From: Fimbriimonas sp.
Lineage (GTDB): Bacteria; Armatimonadota; Fimbriimonadia; Fimbriimonadales; Fimbriimonadaceae
Assembly: GCA_041288075.1 (NCBI GenBank)
Contig: JBGGMI010000238.1
Location: forward strand, 959 to 64,958
DNA: 64,000 bases
Direction: 5' to 3'
Part shown: positions 28,593 through 38,148 of the stretch, piece by piece
Numbering within the stretch: the stretch's first letter is position 1
How the letters are laid out: every line of letters starts with the position of its first letter
Notes under the pieces: model-generated
The model's input: the letters and a program-made list of their open reading frames with translations, nothing else
Databases searched by the model: none
Told to the model about the DNA's origin: nothing
Program-made: the position numbers and the translations under genes

Positions 28593-29456
28593 ATGACGTC
28601 CATTAGACCGACTGAAGAGGAAAGGAGCAGGGGCCAACTTCGACCGGAGACAGTGGCTGCTGCGAAGCAAGCGATCAATGAAGATGGCTTCGTTGTGCTG
28701 GAGGACGTCGTCGACTTGGAGCACATTGCGATTTTGCGCGACAAGATGCTTGCCGACCTGCCGTCGGTGTTGGCTCGCGGCGACGCTCCGTTCAACTTTA
28801 CACTCAGCAATGTCCAGCAAGATCCGCCGCCAATGGAGCCTTACCTCTTTCGGGATGTACTGCTGAACGACTTTGCGATTCAGGTGACTGAGTCGGTGCT
28901 TGGAAAGGGGGTGCAGAACGCGTTCTACAGCGGCAACATGGCGCTCCCCCGAACGGACCAGCGCCAGCCCACGCACGCGGACATGGGGCACCTTTGGCCA
29001 AATATGGAGCACCCGACTCCCGCCTATGCCCTGGTGGTGAATCTGCCCCTGGTCGACATGGATGTAAGCAATGGCGCTACGGAACTTTGGCCGGGCAGCC
29101 ACTGGGATACTTCCATCGCCTTGCAGGAGGGGGATATCAAGGTCTCGCGAGAGAGATTGGACGAATGGCGTGTTAAACGGCCCCCGATCCAGCCGTCGGT
29201 GAAGGCCGGCAGCATCCTTATCCGCGACATGCGGCTGTGGCATGGCGGAACGCCGAATCCGTCGGATCAGGCTCGGCCGATGATCGCGATGATTCATTGG
29301 GTCGGGTGGTGGATCCATGGCGAGGCGATGAAGTTTCCGGCGTCGAGCAAGCCGTTTTTTGATCATCCGCAGTTGCGTACCCACGCAAACTTTGTGGAGG
29401 GGCCAATCGATTATCTCAAACACGGCGAGGCTTACGACGTGGACCCTAACCGCTGA
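28593..29456 (+). CDS. Phytanoyl-CoA dioxygenase (PhyH) family Fe(II)/2OG oxygenase
   Basis: DGFVVLEDV, QPTHAD (HxD), NGATELWPGSH, RDMRLWHGGTPN; start 28593 preferred (TAGTTT 7 nt upstream), 28566 possible. Confidence 0.85.
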   Translation: MTSIRPTEEERSRGQLRPETVAAAKQAINEDGFVVLEDVVDLEHIAILRDKMLADLPSVLARGDAPFNFTLSNVQQDPPPMEPYLFRDVLLNDFAIQVTESVLGKGVQNAFYSGNMALPRTDQRQPTHADMGHLWPNMEHPTPAYALVVNLPLVDMDVSNGATELWPGSHWDTSIALQEGDIKVSRERLDEWRVKRPPIQPSVKAGSILIRDMRLWHGGTPNPSDQARPMIAMIHWVGWWIHGEAMKFPASSKPFFDHPQLRTHANFVEGPIDYLKHGEAYDVDPNR

Positions 29457-30157
29457 TGTGCGCACGATTTTCGCTGGTTACGCCGGTTGCCGAGCTCGCG
29501 AGCTACTTTGAGGCTGGGGTTGATCCTGAGATCGACATCCCGCCTCGAGCAAATGTCGCCCCCACATTGGACGTTCCGGCCGTGATAGAAGATGAGAAGG
29601 GACGGCGGATCAAGGTTTTGAAGTGGGGGCTGGTGCCTTACTGGTCTCAAGACTCCTCTACGGGCACGAAGCTCATTAACGCACGCGCCGAAAGTGCGCT
29701 TGAGAAGCCCGCGTTTCGGGAGCCGTTCCGCAAGCGGCGCTGCATCATCCCGGCAACCGGATTCTATGAGTGGCGGGATGAGTCCGACGAACTCACGCTT
29801 GATTTTGGACTCGATCCTTCGCCGAACTCCAAAACCAAGAAGCAGCCCTACTTCTTTCACCAAAGAGACGGGCATCCGATGGCGCTGGCCGGCCTATGGG
29901 ACCGTTGGAAAGATGCGAGTGGGCATCGCATCGAGACGTTCACAATCCTAACGACTGATCCGAACGAGGTGGTGAAAGATTTCCACGATCGCATGCCGTG
30001 CATTCTAGCGCGCGAGGATGTGAACTTCTGGCTAGACGAAAAGGAGAATCCTGAATCGTTGCTCCCCCTTCTGAGATCGTTTCCAGAAGCTGAAATTGCA
30101 GTAGAAAAAGCGGATCCCAGGCTTAACAACGTGCGATTCGAGCCTTGTTCGCTCTAA
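29456..30157 (+). CDS. SRAP (SOS response-associated peptidase, YedK/HMCES) family
   Basis: N-terminal MCARF (catalytic Cys2), NVAPT, WGLVP, INARAES, RRCIIPATGFYEW, HDRMP motifs. Confidence 0.92.
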   Translation: MCARFSLVTPVAELASYFEAGVDPEIDIPPRANVAPTLDVPAVIEDEKGRRIKVLKWGLVPYWSQDSSTGTKLINARAESALEKPAFREPFRKRRCIIPATGFYEWRDESDELTLDFGLDPSPNSKTKKQPYFFHQRDGHPMALAGLWDRWKDASGHRIETFTILTTDPNEVVKDFHDRMPCILAREDVNFWLDEKENPESLLPLLRSFPEAEIAVEKADPRLNNVRFEPCSL

Positions 30158-30206
30158 GAAGTTTATACCGGGCCATTGTGGTCACGGTGATCGTATACTC
30201 TTATGA

Positions 30207-30414
30207 CTTGCAAGGCAGGGGAAGTCCGGTTGAAATCCGGCGCTGTGCCGCAACGGTATGTCTCGAACGAGACGAGCCCGAATGCCTTCTTTGCGAGAAT
30301 CTGTGACAGCCGTCGCCTACGAGCATAGGTGGCCGGAAGGCACTCGCTTTCCCCTCTTTTGCTCCTGACGCTCGGCCTCACCCGACGGCGCGCGGGCACG
30401 CGCCTTGTGAGGTT
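30207..30414 (+). promoter_or_regulatory. Cobalamin (B12) riboswitch, compact class, with translational expression platform
   Basis: AGGGGAAGTCCGGTTGAAATCCGGCGCTGTGCCGCAACGGT core and GAGCCCGAATGCC 3' motif; outer stem cttgcaa/ttgcgag; TATACT -10 at 30194-30199; downstream hairpin loop GGGCAC complementary to GTGCC; anti-SD cctcac/gtgagg. Confidence 0.88.
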
Positions 30415-31170
30415 ATGAACAAACGCGCATTTACGCTCATCGAGCTTCTCGTCGTCATCGCGATCATCGCTATTCTCGCCGCCATCCTATTTCCCGTCTT
30501 CTTTCAAGCCAAGGAAGCCGCCAAGAAGACGCAGTCCAGCTCGAATCTGCGCCAGATCGGCATCGCTTGGACTTTGTATGGAGCCGACTACGATGGCACT
30601 CTCATGCGGGTCGCCACGTTTGGCGAGAGGACCAACTACTGGTGGGGGAGTTGGGATGGGACGGTGCTTCGGCCGGAAGAAGGGCTTCTTTATCCGTATA
30701 CAAGAAGCGAGGGCATCCAGGGCGATCCTTCTTTTGCTCGGAACCTCCGGACCGCACTTGGGTTCACCGGATATGGATACAACTACTACTATCTGAGCCC
30801 CTCGATCTTCGAGCCCCCTACCTGGGCAGAGCGGCCGGTGCCCATTTCAGAGGGGCAAATCAACGATCCGGCAGGTACGGTCAGCTTTGCCACTGCGGCC
30901 CGAATGAACAACTGGCTGTACGCAACACCAACGCTGGAAGGCAACACCTATCTCGATCCGCCCAGCCAGCAGAATCCAGGTTTTCAAGGCCGGCATAACG
31001 GTTCAGGAAACGTGCTGTGGGTGGATGGGCATGTGAAGTCTCGTAAGCCAGTGCTGCGAGCCGGTCCATTTGGATGGGGCTTTGATGGCAAGGACTTTGA
31101 ACCGCATCGGCTGGGTGAAATCGACTCTGATGGAAACCTCGCCACGGACGAGCTATTCGATTTGCTGTAG
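30415..31170 (+). CDS. Prepilin-type N-terminal cleavage/methylation domain protein with H-X9-DG motif (DUF1559-like)
   Basis: [57 protein letters not shown]. Confidence 0.92.
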   Translation: MNKRAFTLIELLVVIAIIAILAAILFPVFFQAKEAAKKTQSSSNLRQIGIAWTLYGADYDGTLMRVATFGERTNYWWGSWDGTVLRPEEGLLYPYTRSEGIQGDPSFARNLRTALGFTGYGYNYYYLSPSIFEPPTWAERPVPISEGQINDPAGTVSFATAARMNNWLYATPTLEGNTYLDPPSQQNPGFQGRHNGSGNVLWVDGHVKSRKPVLRAGPFGWGFDGKDFEPHRLGEIDSDGNLATDELFDLL

Positions 31171-31171
31171 G

Positions 31172-32137
31172 CTAATTCCGCCATATCCAGCGGATTCCGA
31201 GCGTCAGATCCGGAGCGAGGTTCGCGAACTCCGGAATCTGATAGCTTAGCCAGTCGCCGTCTTCCATGAGGAAGAATTCGACGGACTGGCTCTTGTTCAC
31301 CTTATGGCGTACGCCAAGCGATACCACCCGGTGCGAGGTGTCCGAGCCTTGCACCCTCGTGACCATTGCAGAGGGCTCTGCCTGCCACTGCCCGATGTAG
31401 ATGTCGCGACCGTTGGCCCGGTATGCGAGCGATACGGCACCTTGGAGAATGCTCGTTCGTGCCTCGGGAAAGTCCCGAGATTTACCTTGAAAGATGCAGC
31501 CAACCTGCACGTGAAGGTCCATCCTTGGCTGCAGAGGAGTCCTCCATTGCAGGGCTGCGCCGAAATCGGCCGCTCCACTTCCAAAGAGCTTGGACGGAGA
31601 ACCAGTCGGCAATTTGACCGCTGTGCTGGCGAGAAGCCGTGGGTCTACCTGGTGACTCAGCGCGATCGAGATGTCTCCAAGTCCGCCCGCCGAGCCGTAT
31701 CTTGCGTGGCCGGGAAGCTCGATAAGGGTTCGGCCGTAAGGTTGTCCGTCCCGAATATTGTCATGAATCTGGAGCACGTAGCGGTGCCAGATGTCGATTA
31801 CGCCATCCAGGAGTCCGCCGCTTCGAGACATCAGGGGCGCTTCCACAGTCAAGTCATTCCCCTTGCCAAGCCCAAACCGATATCTGAGGAGCAGTCGGTC
31901 AAGTTCGTAGTCCTCGCGAACGCGGCGGGAGCCGCGTCTTTCCGCACGCATATCGTTCGCGGCTTCGAAAGTGACCGACCAATCTGTTCTCCCTTTTCCA
32001 AGAACGAACGGACGTGGGTCCAAACGAAGGAATGGCACGGATAGGGAACGCAGATTCCGCACTTCTAACGGCCCGAGGTCTTGAGCTATGGAGGTAAGTG
32101 GGGCTACTGCAATAAGTGCTGAAAGGAGTCGACGCAA
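31172..32137 (-). CDS. DUF3187-like secreted/outer-membrane beta-barrel protein
   Basis: Signal peptide; PLEVRN..L, SGGLLDGVIDIWH, GLGDIS, KLPTG, C-terminal alternating aromatic strand (DLTLGIRWIW). Confidence 0.65.
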   Translation of the reverse strand: MRRLLSALIAVAPLTSIAQDLGPLEVRNLRSLSVPFLRLDPRPFVLGKGRTDWSVTFEAANDMRAERRGSRRVREDYELDRLLLRYRFGLGKGNDLTVEAPLMSRSGGLLDGVIDIWHRYVLQIHDNIRDGQPYGRTLIELPGHARYGSAGGLGDISIALSHQVDPRLLASTAVKLPTGSPSKLFGSGAADFGAALQWRTPLQPRMDLHVQVGCIFQGKSRDFPEARTSILQGAVSLAYRANGRDIYIGQWQAEPSAMVTRVQGSDTSHRVVSLGVRHKVNKSQSVEFFLMEDGDWLSYQIPEFANLAPDLTLGIRWIWRN

Positions 32138-32223
32138 GGTGAAAAGCTACCTGAAGCGCCGACCGGCCCACCGCCTGGCACTTTTACCTGCTCACCTCGG
32201 TCTAAGCCCTCGGAGAGCAAGTT

Positions 32224-32544
32224 ATGGAAGCAGTCAGGGATCGACTAAGGGAACGAGCATTGGACGTTTTGGATTGGGTGGATTACCGTCCCGATCCTCA
32301 TTGGTGGCAGTATGTGGCGGCAGCCGGGGTTATGGGGCTGGCGTATTTCTACACGCCGATGGACTTGTGGCCCGTGTTGCTCATGGCGAACATCGCAGTC
32401 ACGCTGTTTGGAATGGCGATTTGGTTTCTGGGCGTGTTTGCGGTTGTCGCGTGGCGTGCGCTCCGAGACGTGATTGAGGTTATGCTGCGTAAGAGAAAGG
32501 CCGCGGGACCGTATCCTCGCGTGATGGTAGGACGGTTGAACTAA
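32224..32544 (+). CDS. Hypothetical small membrane protein
   Basis: 106 aa with two hydrophobic helices; stop 1 nt before the next ATG. Confidence 0.55.
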   Translation: MEAVRDRLRERALDVLDWVDYRPDPHWWQYVAAAGVMGLAYFYTPMDLWPVLLMANIAVTLFGMAIWFLGVFAVVAWRALRDVIEVMLRKRKAAGPYPRVMVGRLN

Positions 32545-32545
32545 G

Positions 32546-33190
32546 ATGCAGAAGATGTCGAAGATTTGGTGGATCGAGCGCGAAGGTCCGGGGCGGCTGG
32601 GAATCGTATCTTGCCCGAGCGGTAAGTCGCTAGAGCAGGACCTGCAGGCTGCCAAAGACGCCGGCGCACACGAGATTATCAGCCTCTTGACCGCGGACGA
32701 GGTCGAAAGCGGAAGTCTGCATGCGGAAGCCGAGACGGCTCGGCGGTTGGGCATGAAGTTCAAGCGCTTCGGCATCCAGGATCACGGCGTGCCAACAGTC
32801 GACCGTGGGTTGGACGGGTTCCTGAAAGCGATCAGCAAGGAGCTCGAACATGGACGCTCGGTGCTGGTGCATTGCAACGGCGGCAAAGGCCGCAGCGGCT
32901 TGATCACAGGAGCGGTGATGGCCATGGAGGGCATGGACGTGGATGACGCGCTCAAGGCTCTAAGAGCGGCTCGGCACGCGAAAGTCCCTGAGACGGACGA
33001 GCAGGAGCAGTGGCTCCATGATTTCGCCCAGCAGTATCGGCCGTTGGCCCAGACCGAGGCGGAGCGGGACACCACGGGCATCGCCAGACTGCAAACCGCA
33101 GTCGTGATCGGCCTCGTTTGCATTCTTGGCGTTGCTGCCTATCTTGGGCACGCGAAGTCGAAGAAGAAAGACTGGCGCTTCGTCCTATAA
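32546..33190 (+). CDS. Dual-specificity/tyrosine phosphatase (CDKN3-like) with C-terminal TM anchor
   Basis: Active-site HCNGGKGRSG (CX5R), IQDHGVP loop, ETDEQEQW. Confidence 0.85.
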   Translation: MQKMSKIWWIEREGPGRLGIVSCPSGKSLEQDLQAAKDAGAHEIISLLTADEVESGSLHAEAETARRLGMKFKRFGIQDHGVPTVDRGLDGFLKAISKELEHGRSVLVHCNGGKGRSGLITGAVMAMEGMDVDDALKALRAARHAKVPETDEQEQWLHDFAQQYRPLAQTEAERDTTGIARLQTAVVIGLVCILGVAAYLGHAKSKKKDWRFVL

Positions 33191-33200
33191 GAGCCTCCAA

Positions 33201-33264
33201 GCCTCAGTAGTGCCGCCCCGATAACCCTCTTACTCCGAGAATTTCGCGGCAGCTCTGTTGAGGC
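33201..33264. repeat. 64-bp inverted-repeat element (REP/MITE-like), copy 1
   Basis: gcctcagtagtgccgcc...ggcagctctgttgaggc; second 64-bp copy at 61911-61974 in opposite orientation. Confidence 0.7.
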
Positions 33265-33275
33265 TTTGCATACCA

Positions 33276-36200
33276 CTAAGGGATAGGCGTGAGCCCAGCC
33301 TTTTTTAACTCATCGTTCACTGCCGCCAACTCAACCTTCGTGAGCTGATTCAGCTTCGCGAGCTCGACAGCTAGCTCTTTCGACAAGCGGTCGAATACCT
33401 CGTACGACTGATCCGTCGGCCGGTAATCGCCGGATGCGACGACTCCCATGAGGGCGGCGATCTTGTTGTTGAGTCGGATCGGGTAGTTGAGGGGGTCTTG
33501 GCCGCTGCGATTCTTCGTCTGATAGATCGCTTCTTCGACGAGCGTTAGTCTTCCCTTCAACGCGTCGATCTGCCCTCTGGCCGCAACCGCGTTCGGCTTC
33601 CCTTCGAGGTCGGTGGAAGCCTTGTCGAGCGCTGTTCGAAGTGACCTCACCCGCAACACCGCATCGTTCGCCTCTTCCACTCTCGCTGCGATTTGGCGCA
33701 GGAAGCGGAACTGCTCGACGGCATCTTTATCGGTGGATGTGCTTCGCGGGTCTTTGAGCCAGCGGAACTTCTGCTCCTGCTTCATGCCGTCCACTGTCAG
33801 GCTCACGGTGTAGGTTCCGGGAGGGGCGGTGAAAGGGCGTGGACCGGCGGCCCAGAAGATCATGCCCTGCGTCGGCTTGTAGGACGGGTATTGAAGGAAC
33901 GCGGAGGTTCTCTGGAATCCCTTGCCTTTAGGTGCCGAGGCGACTGTCTGGACGACCTTGCCCTCAGCATCCTTGAATTCCAGCTTTACGTCATTGGCGT
34001 CGCTTGGCAGGAAGTAGGACACGATCACGCCGCTCATGGGATTGGCGCCTGCGCCCCGAGGGCTGCTGCCCCATCGGACACGATAGCTGTCCCTCGGCGC
34101 GAACAGCACCGGCTTTGCAGCGGTTACCGTCGGAACGAGCTGCTGGAGGGGCGAGACGTCGTCGAGAATCCAGAACCCTCGACCATGGGTGGCGGCGACC
34201 AGGTCGTCGTCTTTCCATTGCAGGTCGTGTACTGGCGTGACTGGCAGGTTGAGCTGCAGGCTCTGCCAGCTAGCGCCGCCGTTGAAACTGACCCATGCTC
34301 CCGTCTCCGTTCCCGCATAAAGCAGGCCCTTCCTACGCTTGTCCTCACGAATAACTCTGACGGGAGCGTCGTTCGCTAACCCGTTTATCGCCGTCCAAGT
34401 CTTGCCGTAATCGGTCGTCCGGTAGGCGTAGGGGGCGTAATCGTTGTTCTCGTGGTTGTCGACCGCTAAGTAGCATGTCGCCGCGTCGTGCGGCGATGGC
34501 TCCACGCTGCTGACGAGGCCCCACTTCGGCATACCCCTGGGAGTCACGTTAGTCCAAGTTTTGCCACCGTCTTGAGACACATGAACGAGCCCATCGTCCG
34601 AGCCCGCCCAGAGGACGCCTTCCCGCTTCGGCGACTCCCCAAAAGCGAACACTGTGCCGTAATACTCGACGCTGGTGTTGTCCTTGGTGATCGGGCCGCC
34701 ACTGGAGGCCAGCGTCGCGGGATCGTTTCGCGTCAGATCAGGGCTGATCTTCTTCCAGGTCTGCCCGTCGTTAGTGGTCGCCAGCACGTATTGCGAGCAG
34801 GTGTAGAGCTTGTTCGGGTTGTGCGGCGAGAAGACAATGGGGAAAGTCCATTGGAAGCGATGCACAAGATCGATCGCCCCGTGACCCATCGGGTTATCTG
34901 GCCATGGATCGACTGCGCGGCCCTGTCCGGTCCGGTGGTTGAGCCACGAGAGATCGCCGCCGTAGTTGCCGCCGAAGACCACATCGGGGTCGTTCGGTTT
35001 CGGAGTCACATATCCGCTTTCGGCTCCGGCGGTGCTGGTCCAGTCTGTTCGCGTGATTCCTCCGCCCTGAGTCCGGCTAGGAATTCTAATCGTGCTGTTG
35101 TCCTGTTGGGCTCCGAGCACTCGGTAGGGGAAAGCGTTGTCGGTGTTGACGTGGTAAATCTGGCCGGTGGGATAGGTCTGGGCCGTCCAACTCTGGCCGC
35201 CATCGACCGAAACGCTGCCGCCGCCATCGTCCGATGCCGCCATTCGCTTAGGATCGTCCGGCGCGATCCAGAGGTCGTGGTTGTCGCCGTGCTCAGTGTT
35301 GAGGCCGCTGAAGGATTTGCCCGCATCGGTCGACTTCCCTGCTCCGACATTGAGAACGTAAACGGTGTCTTTCGCCTTTGGATCGGCAATGACGTGGGTG
35401 TAATACCAGGCACGCTGACGCCAGTTGCGGCTGTCGTTGACAAGCTTCCAGGTTGCGCCCGCATCGTCGCTGAGGAAGAGGCCTCCGTCGAGTGCCTCGA
35501 CAAGAGCCCAATATCGGTTCGGATCGACGGGCGAAATGGCCATACCGATCTTGCCGATGATGCCGGAAGGCAGTCCCGGCTTTCGAGTCAAATCGGTCCA
35601 GGTCTGCCCCGCATCGGTGGACTTGAACATATGGCTGCCTTCGCCGCCGCTGTTGAGCGCCCAGGGGGAGCGCCAGGCTTCCCATGTGGCTGCGAGCAGC
35701 ACGTTCGGGTTCTTTGGATCCATCTGAAGGTCGACGGCACCTGCCCTAGCAAAGCCTGGTAGCACCTTGTTCCAGGACTGACCCCCATCCGTGGACTTGT
35801 AGACCCCGCGAGCGGGCGAATCTGGCACCCCTGGATGCGTGTAGACAGGGCCGAGCGCGGCAACATAGATGATGTCCGGGTTGGTTGGGTGGATGACGAT
35901 CTTTGAGATCGTCTTCGTCTCCGCGAGGCCCATGTGGGTCCAGGTTTTGCCTCCATCGGAGGTCTTGTAGACCCCGTCCCCTTCAGAAATATTTCCCCGA
36001 ATGTCCCGCTCGCCCATGCCGATCACCACGATGTCGGGGTTCGAGGGGGCAATCGCGACGGCTCCTATCGACGCCGTCTTCAGATACGCGTCCGCTGCCG
36101 GAAACCAATTCTCTCCGCCGTCCGTCGTTTTCCAAACGCCGCCGCCCGTTGCGCCGAAGTAGTACTCCTTAGGTCGCTGGGTGGAGCCGGCGATGGCGAC

Positions 36201-36335
36201 GGATCGGCCGCCTCTATAGGGGCCGATGGATCGCCATTTCAAGCCGCCGTAAAGCTGTGGATCGACTTGGGCAAGGCTGAGGCTTGCGAGGATGGGAAGC
36301 AGGAGGAGGGCGACAAATCGCAGGTGCTTGGTCAC
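33276..36335 (-). CDS. Secreted BNR/Asp-box (VPS10-like) glycosyl hydrolase-type beta-propeller protein
   Basis: Signal peptide; WRSIGPYRGGRS; many S/T-x-DGG-x-TW Asp-boxes; C-terminal coiled coil with PLNYP. Confidence 0.88.
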   Translation of the reverse strand: MTKHLRFVALLLLPILASLSLAQVDPQLYGGLKWRSIGPYRGGRSVAIAGSTQRPKEYYFGATGGGVWKTTDGGENWFPAADAYLKTASIGAVAIAPSNPDIVVIGMGERDIRGNISEGDGVYKTSDGGKTWTHMGLAETKTISKIVIHPTNPDIIYVAALGPVYTHPGVPDSPARGVYKSTDGGQSWNKVLPGFARAGAVDLQMDPKNPNVLLAATWEAWRSPWALNSGGEGSHMFKSTDAGQTWTDLTRKPGLPSGIIGKIGMAISPVDPNRYWALVEALDGGLFLSDDAGATWKLVNDSRNWRQRAWYYTHVIADPKAKDTVYVLNVGAGKSTDAGKSFSGLNTEHGDNHDLWIAPDDPKRMAASDDGGGSVSVDGGQSWTAQTYPTGQIYHVNTDNAFPYRVLGAQQDNSTIRIPSRTQGGGITRTDWTSTAGAESGYVTPKPNDPDVVFGGNYGGDLSWLNHRTGQGRAVDPWPDNPMGHGAIDLVHRFQWTFPIVFSPHNPNKLYTCSQYVLATTNDGQTWKKISPDLTRNDPATLASSGGPITKDNTSVEYYGTVFAFGESPKREGVLWAGSDDGLVHVSQDGGKTWTNVTPRGMPKWGLVSSVEPSPHDAATCYLAVDNHENNDYAPYAYRTTDYGKTWTAINGLANDAPVRVIREDKRRKGLLYAGTETGAWVSFNGGASWQSLQLNLPVTPVHDLQWKDDDLVAATHGRGFWILDDVSPLQQLVPTVTAAKPVLFAPRDSYRVRWGSSPRGAGANPMSGVIVSYFLPSDANDVKLEFKDAEGKVVQTVASAPKGKGFQRTSAFLQYPSYKPTQGMIFWAAGPRPFTAPPGTYTVSLTVDGMKQEQKFRWLKDPRSTSTDKDAVEQFRFLRQIAARVEEANDAVLRVRSLRTALDKASTDLEGKPNAVAARGQIDALKGRLTLVEEAIYQTKNRSGQDPLNYPIRLNNKIAALMGVVASGDYRPTDQSYEVFDRLSKELAVELAKLNQLTKVELAAVNDELKKAGLTPIP

Positions 36336-36372
36336 GTCGAAGTGACGTTACCCGCCATCGCCCACGCTGCCG

Positions 36373-36609
36373 CTAGTCTCTCGGGTTCTCGGGTTCTCCG
36401 GCAAGTTCGAAGTTGAGCTTCTGGGAGGTCTTCGGAGTTCCGGTTCGTCCCATTCCTCCTTCCGGCTGATCTTGGGCCGCTTGCTCGCGGACGCGCTCGA
36501 ACTGCTCGTCGGTGCCTTCGGCCGTGTCCTGAGCGACCGTGTGGTCTCCGTCTTTAATTCCGTCGACTGCGTGGTTCTCTCCGTATACGTTCTTCTTGGT
36601 GTCTGGCAT
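36373..36609 (-). CDS. Small acidic hydrophilic hypothetical protein
   Basis: 78 aa, AGGAGG SD 5 nt before the ATG; D/E/Q/G/T-rich. Confidence 0.6.
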   Translation of the reverse strand: MPDTKKNVYGENHAVDGIKDGDHTVAQDTAEGTDEQFERVREQAAQDQPEGGMGRTGTPKTSQKLNFELAGEPENPRD

Positions 36610-36618
36610 GTTCTCCTC

Positions 36619-36999
36619 CTAGAGTCCTTCGCTTTCTGCGCCTTTCTTGCTGATCCGCGGCCTGAGCTCGGCTCTCTCCTGGCCTGTTACGGGATCGTAG
36701 ACGGCGACGATTTCATCTTCCTGATCCACCCGCTGCCGCTCGAGCCGCTCGGGATCTTCGTGAGCAATTGGGGGCTGGTTCTCGCGAATGGTGTCGTAGA
36801 CAGGGTGCCCATCTACGTTCACGAAGCCTTTATTGCCGGGCTCGGTGGTGGTTCCCGAGTCGCTATGCCGGATGGCTTGCTCTGTGGGCGACCGGCTAAA
36901 AGCTTTCGAGCTACCTTCGAGTTCCTCTTTGGACTGTCCGCTGTCGGAGGGCGAAAGGCCCGCGAGATGCCCGACATCCTTACTGTTCTGTTCGCTCAT
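36619..36999 (-). CDS. Acidic hydrophilic hypothetical protein
   Basis: 126 aa, low hydrophobicity, 9 nt upstream of the previous gene. Confidence 0.55.
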   Translation of the reverse strand: MSEQNSKDVGHLAGLSPSDSGQSKEELEGSSKAFSRSPTEQAIRHSDSGTTTEPGNKGFVNVDGHPVYDTIRENQPPIAHEDPERLERQRVDQEDEIVAVYDPVTGQERAELRPRISKKGAESEGL

Positions 37000-37060
37000 A
37001 GGTGTTGGACTCGGCTCCGGCTTGTGGGTTCGTGGTCAAAAGTTGGGTATGCATGAGAGC

Positions 37061-38059
37061 ATGAGCACGGTCGCGGCACACCCTTGGTTGGGAGTTGAGC
37101 CTTTTCGGCTTCCGGTAGAGGATTACAAATTCTTTCGACGGGAGGGATACCTCGTTATCCGAGGGCTCGTATTGCCGCAGCACGTCGAGGAGTTCCGAGC
37201 CCACACGGAGGACATCCTGTATGGTCGCGTGGACCTGCCGGGGATCGAGCCGCCTCCGCCGGATGCGACTTTGAAGGAGTTAGAGACGCGGCTGCTTCGC
37301 ATCCACATGATGCATCGGCATGTGGAGCTGTGGGAGAAGTACATGCTCTATCCCCGGGTGCTCGATGCGGTGCAGGGGCTGCATGGTCCGGACATTTTGG
37401 CCATGCAGACGATGCTGTTTATCAAGGGTCCGGGAGCGCTTGGACAGGGATATCACCAGGACACCTATTACATTCCGACCTTTCCAGATACGTTGATCGG
37501 AGCTTGGATCGCGATCGATCCGGCAGACACAGAAAATGGGTGCCTTTGGATTGCGCGAGGGAGCCAGACCGAGCCGATTTACCCCCCGAAGAATGGTTAT
37601 GGCTATGGCGATTGGGGGCTGGAGGACATCCAGGAGGTCTCAAATGTGGGTGGGCACTGCAATATCGATGAAGACCCGCTGAACACGCTGAATCCGATCG
37701 CTGCTCGGTATGAGGCCGTGCCGGCTCCGGTGCAGCCTGGCGATGTGGTGTTTTTCGCCGGCCATGTTCTGCATCGGTCCTATATGAATCGCACCGAGGA
37801 TCGGATGCGCCGGAGCCTGGTAAGCCACTACTGCAATGCTCGCAGCTACACGACATGGGATGGCGGGAATAAGAACCACATTCTGGCGCGCGGGAATACG
37901 CATCTGCCGTTTGCTTTGCCCAAGTTCGGCACGCCTTGTGCGGCGCTGGATCCGAAGCCATCGATGAGTGATCGCGGGGCGGTGCCGACGATGATGATGG
38001 CGAGCGAGGATGGCATGATGGGGGCTCAGGAGCCGGGGCTGGAGGAGCACGAAGACTAG
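37061..38059 (+). CDS. Phytanoyl-CoA dioxygenase (PhyH) family oxygenase
   Basis: FRREGYLVI, MQTMLFIKGPG, YHQD (HxD), AWIAID.AD.ENGCL, GDVVFFAGHVLHRS; start 37049 or 37061. Confidence 0.85.
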   Translation: MSTVAAHPWLGVEPFRLPVEDYKFFRREGYLVIRGLVLPQHVEEFRAHTEDILYGRVDLPGIEPPPPDATLKELETRLLRIHMMHRHVELWEKYMLYPRVLDAVQGLHGPDILAMQTMLFIKGPGALGQGYHQDTYYIPTFPDTLIGAWIAIDPADTENGCLWIARGSQTEPIYPPKNGYGYGDWGLEDIQEVSNVGGHCNIDEDPLNTLNPIAARYEAVPAPVQPGDVVFFAGHVLHRSYMNRTEDRMRRSLVSHYCNARSYTTWDGGNKNHILARGNTHLPFALPKFGTPCAALDPKPSMSDRGAVPTMMMASEDGMMGAQEPGLEEHED

Positions 38060-38148
38060 AGGAAGGTCGGAGGGCCGGAAGAATGGAGCGGCTCTCTGGA
38101 AGTTAGCAGGCCGGGCGCTGCATAGCCGCTTCTCTCCGCGTGGACTTT

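Noticed and set aside
29456-29470. SRAP N-terminus CARF instead of CGRF
   Set aside because: Catalytic Cys2 and the other motifs are intact; conservative variation
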